Shown here piece after piece: positions 50,326 through 63,484 of a stretch of 64,000 nucleotides of DNA. The stretch is from Okamejei kenojei (lineage: Eukaryota), in NCBI GenBank assembly GCA_035221665.1, contig JAVHYY010000408.1, positions 124,001 to 188,000 of the forward strand, in the 5' to 3' direction. The stretch's first letter is position 1; each line of letters opens with the position of its first letter. A model generated the notes under the pieces. The model saw only the letters and a program-made list of their open reading frames with translations. It ran no database searches and was not told where the DNA came from. The translations under genes and the position numbers were made by a program.

Positions 50326-53300
50326 TGTCTTCAATGGGCGACCTGTATTGCCCAAACATCCAGCATGTCGCACTTATATTTTCCGCGAGTATCCCAGGAG
50401 AGTCAATTTATCTTCATGTTATCCACAGTTCGAACGATCGCGAGTGCTACCATTCAGATGCATGGCTTTGTTGTTTTTAACACTCCACTGTAACGGATAC
50501 ATGCCCCAAATGGAAACAAATAACATAAATTGGGTAATCAACACATTATGAACGTTTCCCCGACAAAATATTATCTAGAAGTTTCTTCCCTGCTCTGTTT
50601 ATTGTCCGATGTTACTTTACCCCCAACCTTCGAGCATATCACATCCAATGAGTTCCAACGAAATGAAGTTAAAAAAACTCGGCCAGCAAGAAAGGGTCAC
50701 CAGCAACATTCAATTTTCCTAAACACACACTGTGATATTAATGCGACCAAGCGAGATTAATCAATCCGTGTTATTTTTGGTGAGTAAATATAGTTGGGGC
50801 ATTCAAATTATAACGCTCAGCTTCTGCCTCATCATTGCTGATTTTATTATGGGCCTTTCCCTTTGATGCTCGCTATACTTGTGATACCATCTTTGTTTAT
50901 CTTTACCAAATACCGTTTCAGAATCGCCTTAATAAATCGGATTCAACAAGTGACTCGCTTGATTATAGCGTATCCGACCTTTCTATAAAGTTTAATGTCC
51001 ATCAATCCCACATGCCAGTGTTTGTTCCATCTATTTCTAAAACCTTCCTATCCATGCACCTCTACAGATGAGTTTTAATTATTTTACAGTTCCTACCTCA
51101 ACCACCTCATCTGGCAGCTCGTCTCGTACACCCACAATACATTGTGTATAATGATTGTGCCCCTGATAATTCGTTCCGTTTTACTTTAAGCTTCTCTTTT
51201 CTGGTTCTTGTTTCCCCCCAATCTGGATACAAGACACTGCGCATTCACCCTGTCTAATTTTCCCACAATAGTAGCTACCTTTGCAAGAGCACCTCTCTTT
51301 TTCATGCGCTCCACGGAAGAATGTGCTAGGCTACCCAAATATCTCCCTATATTTCAGTCCCACGGGTGTGAGCAACATTTAATTATTCAATGCTCACCAA
51401 CAGTACGGTGGACATACCGGAGCCAAATACTCCAAATGCGGCCTTATCAAAGCCTTGTACAATCGTGACATGACATACTAATTGCCCTGACTGATGAAGG
51501 CGAATGTACCGAAAGCCTTCCTTACTAAACTGTCTACTGGTGGTAACAATTTCAGGGAAATATACACATACGCTGCCAGATACCTCAGCGCTACAACATT
51601 GCGTAGAGTTCCGCCAATGTCACTGCGACGTATGATGATGTAATGCTCCATCTACATTCAATCATCCATGTGGGCCTTCCTGAAGAGTAATACTAAATTT
51701 CTATTTAAATTTTGCATCCATTGTCACTGTTTAAAACCATTGGCCTTTTCACTTATTCCCTTTCTCATTAACAATTGATGCAATTAGGCCACTTGGTCGA
51801 TTAAACGAAATGTGTTGTTGGAACAAGGTAAGAGCTTCGGCTGGAACTGTCCACACTTGTCTGGCTTTGAATGCTAAAGAAACATTAGTCACGCACATCT
51901 TTACTGAAGGCAATGTAGAACACCGTGCACAGAGAACTGAGCACAACACGCAGTCCATGGAGCACGGAAATGAGGCGCAGAGTAGAACGCGGGCAGCACG
52001 GACCATGGAACGCAGAGAACGGATCACAAAGCACTGGGCGTAAACCACATAGCATGGCCTTTGTCGAGCTACCAGTAAAATGGAGAAGTAATGTCCCTCT
52101 GTTTAATAAAAGCATGGCAAATGGAACAAAAATGCACGTCGGTGAGGATGATGCCCGTGGTGGTGGAGAAGTTATCGGATAAGATTCTTCAGGATATAAG
52201 GTTTAGGGCGAAGGGCAAAAGGTGGAATAGGACCTTGAGGGGTAACTCTTTCACACAAAGGCTGGTGAGTGTATGGAACAAGCTACCAGAGGAGGTGGTT
52301 GAGGGTGGGACAAGCCAAACGTTTAAGCCAAAAGTTAAACAGGTGCACGGATATAACAGGTTTGTTGGGAAATGGACCAAACGCGGGAAGTGGGACTCGT
52401 GTAGCTGGGATGTGTTAGCCTGCGTAGGCAGGTTAGGCCGAAGGGCCTGTTTCCACGCTGTGACTCTATGACTCTATGGATACAATCTACTCGCATAGAA
52501 AAAAGGGTGGATTTAATTACGTTGTCACGTGAGTGACTACGTGAAGTCCCCGTCCAGCACGCATGCGCGACATTAGCGTTCATGCAGTGCACCCGCGACG
52601 AACGGGAGTTCAAGGCGCTCCCGCTACAAATTGAAATGTCGGGCCGACAGGTACGTTTTACCGTGGCCGTGTGTATTTTATCTGTGGTCTGCTTTATGTT
52701 CCAGGAGAATGGGCAAGACCAGAGGGATGAAATCTGCAGCTCGCCCCCGTTCGGCTTCCTTTGGGGAACGGGCGTTGGAGGGGGGGCAAGAGGCGGCAGG
52801 AATAACTACCGAGCCGAGCCCAGCACCGCTAGTGCAGCCTGAGCAGCGGGCTGGAGGTACCTGCAGCCAGAACCGGGCGGTAGTATCCGACGATTCGGAT
52901 GAAGATGCCACACCGCTCGAGAGCGGCACAGGCAGCCGCCTAAGCCGAATGGAACGGCTTATGGAGCAATTGCTCCAGCGAGATCTGCTGAGAGAGCAGC
53001 AGCAGACTCGCCAAGGGAGCCCAGGCACTCCCGCAGTGCCCTTTACGGCACTGGCCATTGCTTCACCTTCTTTTGAAGGCAGCATTGGCGACCAGGTCTG
53101 GGCTGGTCAAGAAGAGGGGTTGTTGGCTGAAGATGTCCGGAGTACGCAGAGTGTACAGGATGAGGAAGCGTTGCTGGGTGTGGTCAACCGCTACGTGGTC
53201 ATTCCACGAGCGGGTCGGCCTTTAGAGCCGAAACCTGCGGCCAGCATTGACCACCTGTCCTCAAAACCCCTACAAGAATAGGTGGTCAATGAGGCTATTG

Positions 53301-53844
53301 AACAATATACAGCCCCAGAAAATTGTACATTGTTGAATGTACCAGCTGTAAACAGCCAAATTTGGGGACATTTGGGGCAGAACATCAGGAACCTGGAGTT
53401 GAAGCTCCAGAAAATCCTTAAACTCCTGACTGCAGGAATAACATCATATTCTCGTTCCATTGATGGTGTGGACATCTCCACAAATCAGCAAGACACATTA
53501 ACTCTGCTGTGCACCACTCAATATGAGATAAACAATTTACGGAAGGAAATCATCAAACCTGCCCTCAACCCTAAATTTGCGGGACTTTGCAAAACAACGG
53601 GTTCAGAACCTCCAATTCTGCTCTTTTGAAAGGACCTTCCGAAAAAGGTGAAAGACCTAGAGGAAGAATCCAAGACCTTTGGTCTCGTGAGGGCAGGTTT
53701 GGGACCGAGCAGACCTAACAAACCCAGACGGCAGTACCCCACGGCGTCCACCAGTCGTTGACCACCATATGCGACTGGTGAAAGCTCGGGGTCCGCAACC
53801 ATTCCCCATAAGCCATTTTTAGGCCAGGGCCCAGAGCGGACCCC

Positions 53845-55851
53845 ATGGAAAATGCGCCATCCCCAACAACATCAACATCAACATCAACATCAACAGCATC
53901 CCTCTACAGCCCAGCAGAGACCTCATTATCCAGCGAAGAGGCAGAAGAAGCACCAGTAACCATGGAGGTAGGTGGGTCTGGTTCCTCTCAGCATATGAGC
54001 AGTAGGGGCTCTATACTAACAGGGGGAAGATTGCACTTGTTTTTGGATGCATGGGAATCCATCACTAATGACAGGTATATACTCAGCAGCATTCATGGCT
54101 ATAAAATGGACTTTGTTCATGAAAACATTCCGCCAGTTCAGCATATACCCCAAAGGGTATTCACCCTCTCAGTCAAAGAGAAACAAGAGGGTCAAGCTGA
54201 ACTGATGAGGCTACTAGCAAAAGGTATCATTGAAAGAACAATACATGACCCTTTGGAATTTGTGTCTAATATTTTCACATAAACTAAAAAAGATGGTTGA
54301 TGGCGCATCATCATTGACTTAACTACTTTAAACAAGTCTGTTAAGTATATACATTTCAAGATGGAAACTTTTGAAACAGCCAGACTATTGATTTCTAGAG
54401 GTTACTTTCTAGCAAGCATTGATTTAAAAGATGCCTACTACTCAGTACCCATACACAAGGAGCATCGTAAATGCTTAAAGTTTATCTGGATGAAACAGTT
54501 ATGGCAATTTAAAGCCTTACCAAATGGGCTAACCACCGCTCCAAGGTTGTTCACTAAAATCTTAAAACCCGCTTTGGCATTATTGAGGAAACAAAAGCAT
54601 ATAGCCATGGCATACTTAGCCGATATTTTAATAGTAGGGAAAACCTTGGAAACAGCTATTTTGGCAGTAGCAGCCACCAAACGTTTGTTTGAAACTTTGG
54701 GGTTTGTCATACATCCAGATAAATCCAATTTTACACCGTCCACTACCATGGACTATCTTGGATTTACGATTGATACTGTTCGCATGATTGTAACTCTGTC
54801 GAAGGGGAAAGCATCAGATTTGGCACTATCATGCAATGAACTAATGGATAAACATCAGTCAACCATACGGCAGGTAGCTAGAGTTATTGGTAAAATGGTA
54901 GCAGCTTTTCCAGCTGTACAATTTGGGCCTTTGCACTTCAACATTTGCAAAGAGCAAATGTGCACGCACTAAAACAAAACTCAGGTCACTTTGACCGAGT
55001 TATGAATTTAACTGCTGAATCCATTCCAGAGTTACAATGGTGGACAAGGAACGTTAGGTTCAGTTCCAGTCCCATAATAATCACGAACCCAGTATTAACC
55101 ATTCAAACGGACGCCAGTGCTTTGGGCTGGGGAGCGACTAACATGCAATCCACCTCAGGGGGCAGATGGACTAATTCTGAATCATCTTGCCTACAGACAC
55201 GGGGTATCAACTATTTGAAATGTTGGGTGCGTTTTATGGTTTAAAAGCATATTCATCTCATACGCATCATTCAACATGTCCGGTTGCAATTAGATTTATA
55301 CCACGGTGGTGGCTTATATCAACCACATGGGTGGTGTAAAGTCGATATCGTGTGACAATCTGGTCAACCTAATCTGGCGATGGTGTGTCGAAAGACATAT
55401 TTGATTATCAGCAACTTACCTACCAGGTAAGCAAAATAGAGTGGCAGACACCAGGTCACGAAAATTTAATGATAACATCGAATGGATGTTAAATCCCAAA
55501 GTATTTGCTGAAATTACAAAGCAATATGGCACACCAGATATCGATCTATTTGCATCTAGGCTGAATCACCAGGTAACCAAACGTATGCCGCTTGGGAACC
55601 AGACGTTGAGGCAGCAGCAGTTGATGCATTCACGCTGCATTGGGGAAAAAATGTTATTTTATGCTTTTCCCTTCTGCCTCATCAGTCGGGTATTACGCAA
55701 GATTCAATTGGATTCCGCTTCAGGAATCTTGATAATACCCGACTGGCCTACACAGCCATGGTTCCCAGTGGCCCTCGACATGGCTGTCGAAAACACCGTT
55801 GGAATTCATCAGCAGTCCAGAATTATTAACCCACCCAGTGTCAGGCATTAG
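53845..55851 (+). pseudogene. DIRS pol (RT-RNase H-MTase-like), with stops and frameshifts
   Basis: GGRLHLFLDAWESIT, YLAD (from YLDD), TDAS, DLFAS, PDWPTQPWFP. Confidence 0.9.
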
Positions 55852-55883
55852 TCACCCGTGCATGACAGAGGTCAATCTCTGGC

Positions 55884-56850
55884 TTGCAGATTCTAAAAAG
55901 ACCTCTACTTGTCCTAGGACTGTCTGAGGACGCCATCAACATCATGACCGCATCCCACTGGGAGTCCACCAGGAGAGAATACCTGACCAACATTAGAAAA
56001 TGGAACGGTATTGCTCCAAAACAGGAACTACCTACACTACAGCTACAGCCACCAGTGTTGTGGAGTTTCTGGTTGGATTACATCGGGAAGGACTCAGCTA
56101 CAGCGCCATAAATACAGCCAGGAGTGCGTTGTCAGCCTATTTGGTTCCAGCAGCAGGACCACTGGCTTTGGGGTCCCATCCACTAGTGGTCAAAATCATG
56201 AGGGCATTTTTAACACTAATTCCCCCAGACCAAGGTACACTCAGATCTGGGATGTCAGCATTGTGCAGACATACCTTAGGGGATGGCCACCACCCAGATC
56301 ACTCACGCTGGAACAACTTACTCAGAAATCAGTCATGCTCATGGCACTAGTGTCAGCTCAAAGGGTACAGTCCCTCCACCTTCTGAGGCTGGACAGCATG
56401 ACAGAGTCATTGGACTGTATCACATTCCATAGTCAGGGACTGGTCAAACCAGGTACTAGACCAGGTACCACGCCTCCAGTCATGGAGTTCCGGGCATATT
56501 CATCTGACCTACGGCTGTGTGCCAAGAACCATCTCGCCAATTACATAGACACAACATACAACTTAAGAGGGAGAGAAAAAGCCTTATGGATAACCCACAA
56601 GAAGCCTCATGGTCAGGTGACGAGCCAAACCATTTCAAGGTTGGTTAAAGCAGGTGCTTAAGTCCGCGGGAGTCAATACTAATGTTTGCAAATCTCACTC
56701 ACCAGGGCTGCATCTACGTCGACGGCTAGGCGAATGGACGTGCCTATGGACCATATTCTGGCCAGAGCAGGATGGTCCTCGGAAAGAACTTTCCAAAGGT
56801 TTTTATAATAAGCCGCTGGCGGAACTGCTACATTTGCAGACATAATTTTA
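55884..56850 (+). pseudogene. DIRS tyrosine recombinase, frameshifted
   Basis: LSYSAINTARSALS, HPLV, PRY..WDV, LMALVSAQRVQSL, SHS and AGWSS motifs across frames. Confidence 0.88.
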
Positions 56851-57037
56851 GTGTCTGCAGATAATATTTAATTTAAGCCCGGGGGAGCTCTCTGTTTTTT
56901 TGTTGTCATTAATAAATCTTTTTTGTTCACAAACGGGTTATTGTTGATTGTGATAACATACTTCCTCCCTCTAAGGTCTTCAGACAGTGAGTGAAGCATG
57001 AGCTGGTACATGGTTCGGAATCACAGAGCTTTGAAGT

Positions 57038-57149
57038 CTTCACGTAGTCACTCACGAGACTCCGAAATAAAATAGTGAGATTAAATGAGAACTTACCAGT
57101 TCGAAGTTTGATCTGTATTTTATGAGGAGTTACGATGAGGGATTATGTG
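57038..57149. repeat. DIRS internal complementary region (ICR)
   Basis: 57038-57060 is the reverse complement of the left end (52524-52546). 57069-57149 is the reverse complement of the right extension (57299-57379). Right ITR 57268-57305 mirrors ~52537-52574. Confidence 0.92.
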
Positions 57150-59685
57150 CCCTCCGCTCCCACCCTCTATTATACAGATCAACTGGTAATTAAGTTCTTA
57201 TTTTTTCTTTACTATATTTATTTCAATTGTTGTGTTTTTTCTGTGATGCCACACCGCTGCTTTGAAGAATGTCGCGCATGCGTGCTGGACGGGGTCTTCA
57301 CGTAATCCCTTATCGTAATTCCTCATAAAATACAGATCAAACTTCGAACTGGTAAGTTCTCATTTAATCTCACTATTTTATTCGTGTATATCTTACAAAT
57401 GGTTCATTGTTTGAGAAAATGCGATGATGCATGGTAGACTAAAAAAACTGCAAATGCAGGGTAACTTGCGTTGAATGCAAATTATTGGGGTAACTCAGCG
57501 GCTCATGTGGAGGGCATAGACACACGACATTGTCCCAATCGGCGCCGTTTCCCGTCTGTTAGCATGGTTCGCTCTTTCTATTTTTTGGGATCACGAATCG
57601 ACGAGTTTGAAGGGGGTGTTGGGAGGGGGGAGGGGGTCAGGGATGGGGAGTGTGCGAGGAAGGATGTGTGTGTGGGGGACGGGGTGTGTTTGGCGGAGGG
57701 GGGTGTGTGTGGAGGGGTTTGTGGGGTTGTTTGGGGTAGGGGAGGGTGTGTATGTCGGAGGGGGGGGGAGTGTAGATCAGTGTAGATTAGTGTAGTTACT
57801 AGTGTAGCGTTCTTTATAACACCCATTTGTGGTTGGTATCAGACACGGGGTGTGGGGGATGGGAAGATGTTTTTTTTATACAAGGGCGGCTCGGACGGGC
57901 GGCTCAAGACGGGCGGCTTAACAGAAAGTTGTACGTTACTCTGAGTGATCACAAATAAATGTTGACACCTGAGATAACTATTTAGATTTATAAAATACAA
58001 ATATAAAAAAAACCGCATGTAATGATTTGTGTCGCGAGAACATAAAACGATGTGGGCGCTTTGAAAGATCATTAAACAGACAAAGGGCAATGTGTAGATT
58101 GGTTAAAGTCATTACTTACACAAATAAAACCGATGTAATGCGCGAGAACATAAAACTTATCAATATAAGCTCCGACTACTATTACACCATTTATATTATC
58201 GCAATCCGACATGTGCTGTTAGTTTCTGTAATGGATATGCTGCTGTGTGTTGTATATGTTACTCAATAAATACTGTTGTATCAGATCCGTGAGTATGTGT
58301 GACTTGCTCAACACACTGTTAGTTCTCCCAGAGTGCTCCTTACTATATACTAGCGTCGCCTCTAGAAATTCGGCGTGTGCGAAACTCATTGTTGTTCTCC
58401 GCCAGTGAACAGCGAGCATGCGCTTCATCTGGAAGAAAGGAATCCATGGTGAGTTTCAGTGCGGACATTTTAGAAAGCACAGCCACAGCATGAATAGTTG
58501 ACGCGATGGTCAGACGCCGGGCAGCAGCCTGAGAAGCGATATAGGGTACTGGCTTGAAGATGGGAATCCTCTGTGAGTTTCAATGCGGGTACTTTAAAAA
58601 GCCCACCAAGAATCGGCCTTGAACGAAGGTTGGCGAGGAGCAACAGTCGGAGCAGTGAGAGAGTGTGTTGGATGGAGCATCTAAATTAGTTGCTTGTACA
58701 GCAAATACAATTAACGGTAGTTGTAGTGGAGCGGCCTACAGGGAGGCCGCTCCACTGCAGCCTGTCTATTTATCTCTCTCTAGGATCCGCTAGGATCCGC
58801 TGGGCTGAAGGGCCAGATACTGTGTTTCGTTCCTCTATGACTCCATCAGGCCAATGTTAAATTGGCCGAACTCTGCCCACATACCCGTTCAACTGTTTCT
58901 CCCTCTATAACGTCTACAGTGTCTCTACAGTTGCTTCACTTTTCTTGCGCAACTGCACGGTTCATTCAAACCTCGAGAGGGAGAAGACCATTTTGTAATC
59001 ACTTTTTAGGTTTTGCTAGACTGGTTTCCCGGAACGAAAATGAAAAACGTAACATCTATAACTGATCGACATTCAGAATTTATCGCTGCAAGGATGCTGA
59101 GAGAAGAAAATATTTCCGGCTATTCTTTAACAGTCTAGTTTTGCGCTTTGTTATTATTGCAATTAAACCTAAAAATAATCCTTGAGCTCAGGTCACCTGA
59201 TCGGCCAAATGTTTTATTAGCGCACTCTCACAAACCCATGTCGATTTTGTTCACGTTTTTTCCAGCATACATCATTCAATACTCCAAAGATAACACATAA
59301 TGCCCTATAGTTCTTTCCCCGTTACTTGCAAAGTGGCGCACACTGATCTATTGGCAGGACCCATGCAGTTTTGCTGAAATAAATATCCCACCTTTCACTC
59401 TATTACGAACATACGGCAATGTCTGACGAGGAATGTTGAGTGTTCCATGGAGACTAAAGCCGCCAGGTCTATGACTGCCCCGTCGTGGTAGTCCTGTATT
59501 TCGTGTCAATCTCTCTCTTTATAACTACAAATGATGCATTAATGCTGGAGAAACTGGATGGAGCGGAGCTTTGGATGTGGTGCCCGCGATTCTAGCTAGA
59601 ATGTTGGCAATTGGGAGATTACCTTTCTACAACAAATAACGGAAAGTTGAAACCGTGGCATAAATATACATTCTGTCGGAATAAT

Positions 59686-60574
59686 TTATTTTAATCGACT
59701 GAGGCCGTTTTCAAACACCACCAGATGATATATCACCGCCTCCAACTCTAGTCTGAATTTAGCCTGGGTCACTGCGTAAATAAAGGAATTCGTGCAGAAG
59801 CTGAGGGTCCAGGGCATTTTAGCGCTTTCTTTGAGAATGTAACGTGGATTTCTGAAACCGGAAAAGTAAGAACCGCCTTTAATCCGAACGAACACAAAAT
59901 TAACGACATACGTAACCCAGAAGACCAGAAAACTGGCGGAGATGCTTAAAAGTAAAATGACAGATTTTCTCCTGTTCTCATTTTCTGCATCTTTCCCATC
60001 CTCAAGTTCCTTGTTACTACGAAGTGCATTGCGGATTTTGTTGGCCACAAATATGTGTCTGATAGTCAGAACATTGAACAAACATATCAGAAGGAAAGGA
60101 ACAGAAGGTATTAAAAGGCGATCCAGCCAATCGTAGTCTTTCCAGACAGGTTCAGTGTAGAAGCTTAAACTTAAAGTCACAAATCAGGGCACTCCGTCCA
60201 CTGTATACAATGGATGGCATGTAAAGTAGTAAGGGGCGTTCTTTACACCTCTCAGGACACAGGCAGCAGCTTTTCCTCAGCCGCGGTTTTCTTCGAGCAG
60301 TAACTATCTTTTAGCTGCCGGCAGCAAATGGCTGCGAATCGATCGAAGGTGAATGCAACCGTCAGCCATACCGACGAATCCCTGCTTGTATAAATCATCG
60401 CCGTGCTGAATCTACACCCAAGAGTGGTGGAGAAGAAACTGTTAATAAAGTAGATCCCGGTGATTCGATTCAGTATCACGGCGGAGACAATTACCAGCAG
60501 ATCAGTCACCGCCACGGCCACTAGATAATACGTAACACATTTGGAGAGTCCACACCTCGCTCACGATAGGATCA
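59686..60574 (-). pseudogene. GPR139-like pseudogene G4, exon 2
   Basis: Same 18-nt deletion, TGA at 60563-60561, TM4 frameshift and ECL3 deletion as G2, plus additional indels. Confidence 0.92.
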
Positions 60575-63419
60575 CTGTTAAGAGATACAACGATAAGGGT
60601 AGGGTAACGATAAAGGAATATTTGATGTAGTATAACAGTTAGTAGTTGACCAAAAACTGTTCTAAAACGACGTGGAGGAGTAAAACCCATGTCTGCAGCA
60701 GAAAGCAGTGCAACCCAAGTCATGCACATATTCCGGAGGAGGTGGATGGTTTTTCTCAATGGTGAAGTAATAACGAAATGCATGGTCACCCATGCTCCCG
60801 ATGAAGCAGAGAGTAGATGATGGGCCGCTTAATTCACCCATGTTCCTATTTGATGTGTTTCTATGTCGCTGGGAGAATGCATAAGACGTGGTTTGGTTCC
60901 ATTGTTGAAATCAGAACTCCATGTGAATTTACCAACCCGACAATAGACAACAGACAAATAGGCAATAGAGAATGGATGCAAGAGTAGACCAATCGGCCCT
61001 TCGAGGAAGCACCGACATGCACAGTGATCATGTGAACATCCACAATCAGTACCCCATTCCCGCCTTCTCCCCATATCCCCTACTTATCCGTTATCTTTAA
61101 GATCTCTATCTAACCTTTTCCTTGAAAGCATCCAGTGAATTGGCATCCATTGCCTTCTCAGGCTGAGATTTCCACAGATTCACAACCCTCTGTGTGAAAA
61201 GGTTTTTCCGCATCTTCGTTCACAATGGCTTACCCATTAATCTTAAACTGTGGCCCCTGGTTTTGGACTCCCGCGTCATCGGGAACTTGTTTCGTGCTTC
61301 TAGTGTGTCCAAACATTGAAAATTATATGTTTCAATAAGATACCCTCTTATCCTTTCTAAATTGCAGAGCATTGAAGCCCAGCCGCTACATTCTATCAAC
61401 AGATAACAGTCCCGCCTTCCCGGTAATTCACCGTGTGAACCTACGCTGCACTACCTCAAAGCAAGAATGTCTTTTGCTCAAATTTTGAAACCAAAACTGC
61501 ATACAAAACTGCAGGTGTGGGTCTCAGGGGGCCATGCACAACTGCAAAGTACCTCTTTGCTCCTATAGTCAACTCCTCTTTTTATTTATTTATTTTTTTG
61601 TTTTAAATATTTTATTTATTAGAGGGAAATACATCAATGTACTTCACATATACCTTGTTACAATTCATTGTACCCCATAAATTTTATGGCTTTTAAAGAA
61701 AAATAATGAAAGAAAGAGAGTGAAATAGGTGAAAAGAATGGTGATAGCGAAAGAGCGTGCCAAAAGGGAGAAGAAACCCTTCGTCAAAGAATTAGAGAAA
61801 GGGGGTTAAGTGATAGACCCTTAAAAAAAAGGAAAAGGAAAACAAAAATAAAAAAAATCCCGTTACCCTGTTTTATATATCACGCAAAAGGAATCCACCA
61901 ACTCCATAGTTTTTCATCCCCCCCTAACCAAGGCCCGAGGTACTCCTGCACCTATCTTTGTAGCAATTCTATAAATGCAGACCACGTCTGAAAGTGGCGT
62001 TCTGATTTTCCTTCCAGGCGGAGTCTCATATCTACCAGATGTAGTGTTTTCAAACATAGTTGAAATCCACATATTTAATGTTGGTATAGGGCATTTTTCC
62101 AGAATTTTAAGATTAGATTTTTCCTATTATTAAGCCGTAATCAAATACATTCTTTTGATACGCATTTAATTCTGGACTAACCTTCTGTCATTCCGAAAAT
62201 AATCCATTCTGGCTTTGGTGTCATTTTTATTTTAAACACACTTTTGTGAAAATTTCAAAGATTTCAATCCAAAACCTTTGAATTTTTGTACAAAAGATGA
62301 ATGAGTGCGCTATTGTAGCTTCTTGACTGTGGCATTTATCACAAATCGGCGAAAGCGTTAGGGAAACATTTATTTAATTTTAGTTTTTGAGTAGTATACT
62401 CTATGTATAATCTTATTAAAGTGTGTCTTATCAAAAAGAGGTAATTGCGTGCACTTTTGATAAGTATTCATTCCCACCTTTCATAGAAATGTATATGCCT
62501 TAGTTCGTTTTCCCACTTAACTCCTCTAATGTATCTAAGGGTGTATTACAAAGTCCTCTATTTTATGAATACCAACATGCCATTGCTTTCTCACTGCCCT
62601 GCTGTACCTGCATGCTCCTTACGTTTACAGAGACTGATAAACCAGACCCCCGTAGATCTCGTTGTACCACGCCATCGCAACCTGACTACTTGTTTAAGAT
62701 AATAATCTGTTCAGATATTAATCTTGTTCACCCAAAGGTGATAACCTCACATTTATCCACATTAAACTGCATCTCCATGCATCTGTAACTCACCAACCTG
62801 TCCCAAGTTCACGCTCTGCAATCCTCATAGCCATCAATTCACACAGTGTGCTCTTCAAATTTGCTAATGCACTTTAATCCCTTCATCTAAATAATTGACG
62901 TATATTGTTAAAATATCTGCGGTCCCAGCACCGAGTCTTGCGTTACCCCACTAATCACTGCCTGCCATACTAAAAAGAGACACGTTAAACCTACTACTGC
63001 TTGTTACCTCTCTGCCAACCCAATTTCCTAGCCATGTCAGTACCCTACCCCCATTCCATGTGCTCTAATTTTGCCCACTAACTCCTATGTGGGACCTTGG
63101 CAAATGTTTTCTAAAAGTCCAGGTGCACTACATCCACAGGCTCTCCGTTGTCCATGTTCATAGTTACATCTTCAAAACATTCCGGAAGATTAATCAAGCA
63201 TGATTTCCCTTCGTACTTCCATGTTGACTCGGACCGATCGTCCTGTTACTGCTATCCAAATAGCCGCTATTCATATTTTCATAACGGATTCCATCATCGT
63301 CCACAACCACGGATCTACAGGCTCAAATGACCAAAATCCCAAACAGTTAAAACTTAGGAGTCGCAGTTATGTATACACACAAACGATTTTGTGTCCCGTT
63401 CAATAGAGGTGAAACTTAC

Positions 63420-63484
63420 GGAACTCCAATGATTGCGATAAAGGGTAGTAAATGGCAAACACAAGACCCACTGCTGGTCCGTGC
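63420..63484 (-). pseudogene. Pseudogene G4 exon 1 (degenerate, ATG deleted)
   Basis: ..PFIAIIGVP followed by the donor at 63419-63414. Same ATG-removing deletion as G2, plus indels. Confidence 0.8.

Larger units (their letters stand above)
52515..57379 (+). mobile_element. DIRS1-type tyrosine-recombinase retrotransposon, full length, ORFs disrupted
   Basis: gag-like ~52709-53960, RT (IDLKDAYYSVP, LPNGLTTAPRLFTK, AYLADIL), RNase H (TDASALGWG), methyltransferase-like (DLFASRLN), YR. Inverted terminal repeats plus an ICR. Empty sites at ~12036, ~26316, ~39541. Confidence 0.95.
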
